Shown in pieces: positions 60,013 to 64,000 of a stretch of 64,000 nt of DNA. Location: the IMG/VR virus record IMGVR_UViG_3300025759_009745. The stretch is one strand, 5' to 3'. Below the pieces are notes generated by a model, which ran no database searches, was not told the DNA's origin, and saw nothing but the letters and a program-made list of their open reading frames with translations. Every line of letters begins with the position of its first letter. Position 1 is the first letter of the stretch. The stretch comes from an uncultured virus (IMG/VR IMGVR_UViG_3300025759_009745) (taxonomy: Duplodnaviria > Heunggongvirae > Uroviricota > Caudoviricetes). The translations under genes were made by a program, and so were the position numbers.

Positions 60013-60990
60013 TTAAATATCTTCTTTGACACCTTCTGTGGAAAATCTGACTAGACCGCCAAATAGGTCAGAGTCAATAAATTCCATTTCCTGTATGGTG
60101 CAACTAGTCATCCTCATTTTTCCAGCCTGATAATTTTCTAAAATTTCTGGATATCTCATAGCACCAGAATTGGGAACGCCCCTATAATCTAGAGGGTATT
60201 CATTATTTTCATACATTTGATTGGAATTAAAAAGGTATATATGTTTGTCACTTTGTAAAGAAACTATGTCCAATAGCTTATTTCTCGTTATCTCATCTTC
60301 AGCCAAACAATGAAAAATAATATCTGTATACACCCATTGACCACCTCCTAATTGATATCCTTTAAATTTTCTGAATGGTACAATCTCTACGGCTATTGCT
60401 GGTAGTTGAAGTCTACCTTCCGGGGGGATATTCCACCTACCCTTATCTGGCTCCAAAAAACTAGAATCTGGCTCTAGCGTATCTTTTTGAATATTTTTTA
60501 ACCAAGGCAAGTTATTGGCATAAACTACATTTATCCATTTATAGCTGTATTCAGCCTGAACCAAAGATCCAGAAGGTATAGGGTTGTCAAAGATAACTCT
60601 ACCATTAAAATGATCTATGTAGTGAGCGTATGTACCAGTTGAACTATTAGGATGAAAAACACCATCTACATAGACACCAGAAACACCTGGGTTATCATTG
60701 TCAGTCCCAACTAATGGTGCTGGGGTATAATCTACACCGCTTTGCCAAACCCAATTCTTCCTAAAACCCTCCCAGACTTTTCCCGCCTCATAAGTCCCGC
60801 TTTCAGAAACTTTAAGTCTACTGTAGTCATAGCCATCTGGAGAAAGCTCACCAGAGGTAATATTAAAGTAATTTCCTATATCTAATAATGCCCAATCAAA
60901 ATATTCTACAACTGCATCCTGTATGTCATTAGACAGGGTGTAGGAGTTTATATCTGAAATACCTTTTAGTGGCTGATAATAATTAGGCAT
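60013..60990 (-). CDS. Putative tail terminator/completion protein
   Basis: QLPAIAVE...YQLGG...DIIFHCLAEDEITRNKLLDI; directly upstream of tail tube. Confidence 0.5.
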   Translation of the reverse strand: MPNYYQPLKGISDINSYTLSNDIQDAVVEYFDWALLDIGNYFNITSGELSPDGYDYSRLKVSESGTYEAGKVWEGFRKNWVWQSGVDYTPAPLVGTDNDNPGVSGVYVDGVFHPNSSTGTYAHYIDHFNGRVIFDNPIPSGSLVQAEYSYKWINVVYANNLPWLKNIQKDTLEPDSSFLEPDKGRWNIPPEGRLQLPAIAVEIVPFRKFKGYQLGGGQWVYTDIIFHCLAEDEITRNKLLDIVSLQSDKHIYLFNSNQMYENNEYPLDYRGVPNSGAMRYPEILENYQAGKMRMTSCTIQEMEFIDSDLFGGLVRFSTEGVKEDI

Positions 60991-61615
60991 TTATTATCCT
61001 TTGAACTATTGATTTTATTTCTTCTTCTTTTCCTGAAAACGCCCTAGTTATAAAGTTATCGTCTGCCGTACCTGAAAACTGAGGATCTATTCTAAATCCA
61101 ACACTGGAAGATTGCATATACCCAGCGCCAGATCTACCGACAGAACCTGCTTTATATTCATAACCAACAACAATTATTTTATCCCCCTGGGTCAATAACC
61201 AATCTAACCAATTTAGAGATACTCCCTTTTCTGTATTTATTACAGAATATGTAGAGTTTAGTAAGTTTGCAAAAGAACTTGGTTGGCAATTTATTTGTAT
61301 TCCACCTTTTAAGTTCTTATTTATCTGCGTAACCTTAACCTCTGTAGAATCTACGATAGATCTCACTATACTATCAACAGCACCGCCAGCCTGCGAAGGT
61401 TCAAAACCAAGAGTGGCATTAAGTGAGCCAGGAACGCCCTCTTGCAGTAAACTTCTTATCTCTGGCTGAAGGTAAATCCATTGAGAAACTTTTCTCTTTA
61501 TTTCTCTCTCAATACTTGACCTTTTCTTTCTAAACACCGTTTTTAATGCGTCAGCAATGGAAATGTTTATTTTTTTTTGTATGTCTTGTTTTGAATTTTT
61601 TATTCTAATAGGCAT
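60983..61615 (-). CDS. Putative neck/tail completion protein
   Basis: Start at 61615 (MPIRIK; RBS GGGAG, TAATG overlap); WLDWLL...GRSG...DNFITRA; synteny. Confidence 0.45.
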   Translation of the reverse strand: MPIRIKNSKQDIQKKINISIADALKTVFRKKRSSIEREIKRKVSQWIYLQPEIRSLLQEGVPGSLNATLGFEPSQAGGAVDSIVRSIVDSTEVKVTQINKNLKGGIQINCQPSSFANLLNSTYSVINTEKGVSLNWLDWLLTQGDKIIVVGYEYKAGSVGRSGAGYMQSSSVGFRIDPQFSGTADDNFITRAFSGKEEEIKSIVQRIINA

Positions 61616-62094
61616 TAGGTTCTCTCCCAAAAACAAACCCAGTATCGCTCTTTGTGAAAACCTATTGGAAAAGGTTCTCCAAACTTTTTAAATTTCATCT
61701 CAATGTCATCATCTATTTCGGTATGAGCAATAAGCTGTTTAGCTCTCATTACTTTTCCTAAATCAGAACCAAAAAAAACCGTTTGTATGGAATTATCTGG
61801 AACCACTAAAACTCCACCGACTTTAAGCCAAGCCTTTCTGTCCCAATAAACTTTCATCTTTATTGTTTCGGTCTTTTCTACTTCTTTATATGTCTTGTTG
61901 TCTCTATTGTATTGATCTTTTTTTCTTCTGTGTGGATTAATGGATCTATTTTCTGGACGGTTGTCATCAGGGTTATCTAATTCTTCTACTTTTTCTACGT
62001 ATATCAACTGACAGTCAACCCCTAGATCATTGATTGTGGCATCAATAATCTCATTATACTTATCAAATATTTTCTGTGGAATACTAAAAGCCAT
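61615..62094 (-). CDS. Putative head-closure (head-tail joining) protein
   Basis: 159 aa; LGVDCQLIY...PFPIGF...YWVCFWER; synteny. Confidence 0.5.
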   Translation of the reverse strand: MAFSIPQKIFDKYNEIIDATINDLGVDCQLIYVEKVEELDNPDDNRPENRSINPHRRKKDQYNRDNKTYKEVEKTETIKMKVYWDRKAWLKVGGVLVVPDNSIQTVFFGSDLGKVMRAKQLIAHTEIDDDIEMKFKKFGEPFPIGFHKERYWVCFWERT

Positions 62095-62102
62095 GTTAAA
62101 CC

Positions 62103-62312
62103 TTATATGTCTGAATCACCTGTGTAGTATCTCACATCATCAAATCTATCGTCAAGTTTAATATGAAGTTCACCAGAAGGTACAAAAGAATTTAGATCTG
62201 GATCTCTCTTTGATGTTGCTCCAGTTTCTTTAGGGTAAACAGTTATAGATCCATTTTTTATTTGATTGCCATTAATAACTGGCCTTAATACATCTGACAT
62301 TTTTATCTCCAA
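62103..62312 (-). CDS. Hypothetical protein (69 aa)
   Basis: Fills the gap in the structural operon; real start may be the internal ATG (MSDVLRP) after GGAG. Confidence 0.5.
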   Translation of the reverse strand: MEIKMSDVLRPVINGNQIKNGSITVYPKETGATSKRDPDLNSFVPSGELHIKLDDRFDDVRYYTGDSDI

Positions 62313-62318
62313 AAAATA

Positions 62319-63707
62319 TTATATTAGTTGTCCACTAACCCAGTTTGTTCCATTCGCAATCATAATCCATTGACTCGTTAGATTACCACTAGCAAATGCG
62401 ATAACTCCGGTATTTGATGCTGGAATTTGATCTTTAACATCTATTACAGTGTTAAATACGGGAATCGTTAAAAAACCACTCTCACTAACTATTGTGTTAG
62501 ATAATCCACTATCGCTTACTACCTGAGCATAGTTTTGAGAAGCGGACTCCTTGTTTGTTTGTAATTGATTGAAGTTTCCTGTACCAGCCGTATTTAAGGA
62601 ATCTTCAACAAAAGACAATCCACTTCCAGTGTTTTCAAAAGTACCCCTAGTCCAGCCACTAACAGCAAGGTCGGAATCTATTATTGTAGAATCTGCCCAG
62701 CCACTAACCAATACTCCAGTGTCTGTTATTGTAGAGTCTGACCAGCCACTAACCAATACTCCAGTGTCTGTTATTGTAGAATCTGACCAGCCACTAACCA
62801 ATACTCCAGTGTCTGTTATTGTAGAATCTGCCCAGCCACTAACCAATACTCCAGTATCTGTTATTGTAGAGTCTGACCAGCCACTAACCAATACTCCAGT
62901 ATCTGTTATTGTAGAATCTGCCCAGCCGCTCACACCGAGAATAAAACCAGAAACTTCTGGAACGTCGTCAAATCTTAATTGTCTGAATGTAGGATAATCT
63001 TCTGATAAAGGATCACCACCAGAAGGGCCACAAAGGATATAAGTTCTTGGTTGTTTGTTAAATGTCAATGCTTGATTTACAAGACCACTATAACTGAAAA
63101 CAATGTCCGTACCAGTGTCATTATTTAATTCATTCTTCATGAATGGCTCTTTTTGAAAGCCTTCTCCAGAACCATCTATACCACTAAAGTATATTCCATA
63201 ATTTTCTAGAATTAAGCCATCGCTTGTTATCAAACCATTTACATCTAAAGTTGATGATGGGTCAGAAGTGTTAACACCCATCCTATTCTGAGAAGAATTT
63301 ATTACAAAAGAATTATCTGTAAACAATATCTGATTGCTATCAAAAACTGCTATACCACTTTTTACCGGCGTATTAAAGGCAGAGAAAACCGCCTTTTCTC
63401 CTGGGTAAGTAACGTATACTTCTTTTAAACCTGCTGGAAAATCAACAAGATTATTAGAATTGCTACTGTTGTATACTGTAGTTCTAGATATGAAATCTTT
63501 TGGTATAGCGTCTCTTATAAAAGCTCCTAAACCAACCTCATAGTTGTCTCCATCAGAGATGGCATAAAATAAAACATCTCCAGATGTATAGAATTTAGAA
63601 AATTCACTAAATCCATCTGGGATTTCTTCTAAGCAGCAGGGACCGGTTCCGGTTGTTCTGCTTAATTGTTTTATTCTATCTGTTAGTGCGGGATTACTAT
63701 TCGGCAT
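62319..63707 (-). CDS. Fibre-like virion protein with 15-aa tandem repeat
   Basis: N-terminal DRIKQ.S.TTGTG...YEVGLG...DFPAGLKEVYVTYP; RMGVNTSDPSSTLDVNG fibre-type motif; (DSTITDTGVLVSGW[S/A])n. Confidence 0.6.
   Translation of the reverse strand: MPNSNPALTDRIKQLSRTTGTGPCCLEEIPDGFSEFSKFYTSGDVLFYAISDGDNYEVGLGAFIRDAIPKDFISRTTVYNSSNSNNLVDFPAGLKEVYVTYPGEKAVFSAFNTPVKSGIAVFDSNQILFTDNSFVINSSQNRMGVNTSDPSSTLDVNGLITSDGLILENYGIYFSGIDGSGEGFQKEPFMKNELNNDTGTDIVFSYSGLVNQALTFNKQPRTYILCGPSGGDPLSEDYPTFRQLRFDDVPEVSGFILGVSGWADSTITDTGVLVSGWSDSTITDTGVLVSGWADSTITDTGVLVSGWSDSTITDTGVLVSGWSDSTITDTGVLVSGWADSTIIDSDLAVSGWTRGTFENTGSGLSFVEDSLNTAGTGNFNQLQTNKESASQNYAQVVSDSGLSNTIVSESGFLTIPVFNTVIDVKDQIPASNTGVIAFASGNLTSQWIMIANGTNWVSGQLI
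62652..62932. repeat. 45-bp in-frame tandem repeat, about 6 copies
   Basis: Unit CCAGCCACTAACCAATACTCCAGT(G/A)TCTGTTATTGTAGA(A/G)TCTG(A/C), units starting at 62652, 62697, 62742, 62787, 62832, 62877; terminal units degenerate. Confidence 0.95.
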
Positions 63708-63713
63708 ATTGGC

Positions 63714-63998
63714 TTACGCATTGTTGGTGACTGTTGGAACAACCCCAGACTTAGAGCCTGGATTATAGCCATAAACTACCAAATCATTATTTTGAGCATC
63801 AATATACTGATTGCCATCATTTTGAACAACAAAAGTAAGCTTTCTAGGATTATCTACATCGTCTGGACCATCGTTTCCAGTTCTTAAAACAATACCAACG
63901 GTGTTAAGATCCATATCCTCTTGACTTCCAGAGGTTGACGTTGCATTACTCAAGCCTAAAGCTACATACTTGTTATCTTCAAATACACCGCTATTAAA
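63714..63998 (-). CDS. C-terminal part of a putative virion protein (5'-truncated by window edge)
   Basis: Frame open to the window end (FNSGVFEDNKYVALGLSNATST...VPTVTNNA*). Confidence 0.55.
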   Translation of the reverse strand, partial: FNSGVFEDNKYVALGLSNATSTSGSQEDMDLNTVGIVLRTGNDGPDDVDNPRKLTFVVQNDGNQYIDAQNNDLVVYGYNPGSKSGVVPTVTNNA

Positions 63999-64000
63999 TG

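Noticed and set aside
62652..62932. Possible CRISPR array
   Set aside because: The units are contiguous in-frame coding repeats with no unique spacers, and no cas genes are present.
22229..62997. Numerous + strand ORFs of 60-171 aa within the structural block, and short - strand ORFs within the glycan island
   Set aside because: They are antisense or alternate-frame shadows of long genes, with no recognisable motifs or convincing RBS.
1..64000. Alternative genetic code (stop-codon reassignment as in some large phages)
   Set aside because: TAA, TAG and TGA all end genes at tight junctions, and coding density is already near complete under the standard code.
21510..64000. Contractile tail (sheath, baseplate wedge), capsid, portal or terminase genes
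   Set aside because: No recognisable motifs. The tube gene is preceded directly by a terminator-like gene, consistent with a non-contractile tail; head genes probably lie beyond the window.
1..64000. tRNA/rRNA genes, introns, inteins, reverse transcriptase/DGR
   Set aside because: Intergenic gaps are at most ~100 nt with no cloverleaf seen. No intein, LAGLIDADG or RT motifs and no TR/VR-like repeat pair were noticed by eye.

Overview
Part of a large tailed bacteriophage genome: AT-rich, densely packed, standard genetic code, Shine-Dalgarno leaders. It has two convergent blocks. (1) + strand, 1-21448: a ~19.5-kb glycan synthesis and decoration island with many glycosyltransferases (GT4, GT2, GT77-, GT47/exostosin-, GT34-, GT25-like, GT10 fucosyltransferase), SAM methyltransferases, a sulfotransferase and GDP-L-fucose synthase. 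Inside it is a coupled nucleotidyltransferase + kinase + EEVS-type sedoheptulose-7-phosphate cyclase + SDR module, which looks like a pathway to an activated C7-cyclitol (pseudo-sugar). A DUF559/Vsr-like endonuclease, a putative ssDNA-annealing protein and a Zn-ribbon protein follow. (2) - strand, 64000-21510: a siphovirus-like morphogenesis module with head-tail joining proteins, tail tube, probable chaperones, a 2697-aa modular tape measure protein, a 4101-aa FG-GAP/LamG protein and other large tail-tip proteins. Back-to-back terminators separate the blocks. Top leads: the phage C7-cyclitol module, Ser-Gly enrichment in putative virion surface proteins (possible glycosylation sites), the repeat-delimited tape measure protein with PD-(D/E)xK-like cargo, a GTGTATAATA late-promoter motif, and a hairpin covering the start of the gene after the tail tube. 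All family calls come from reading motifs by eye; no database searches were run and the host cannot be determined here.
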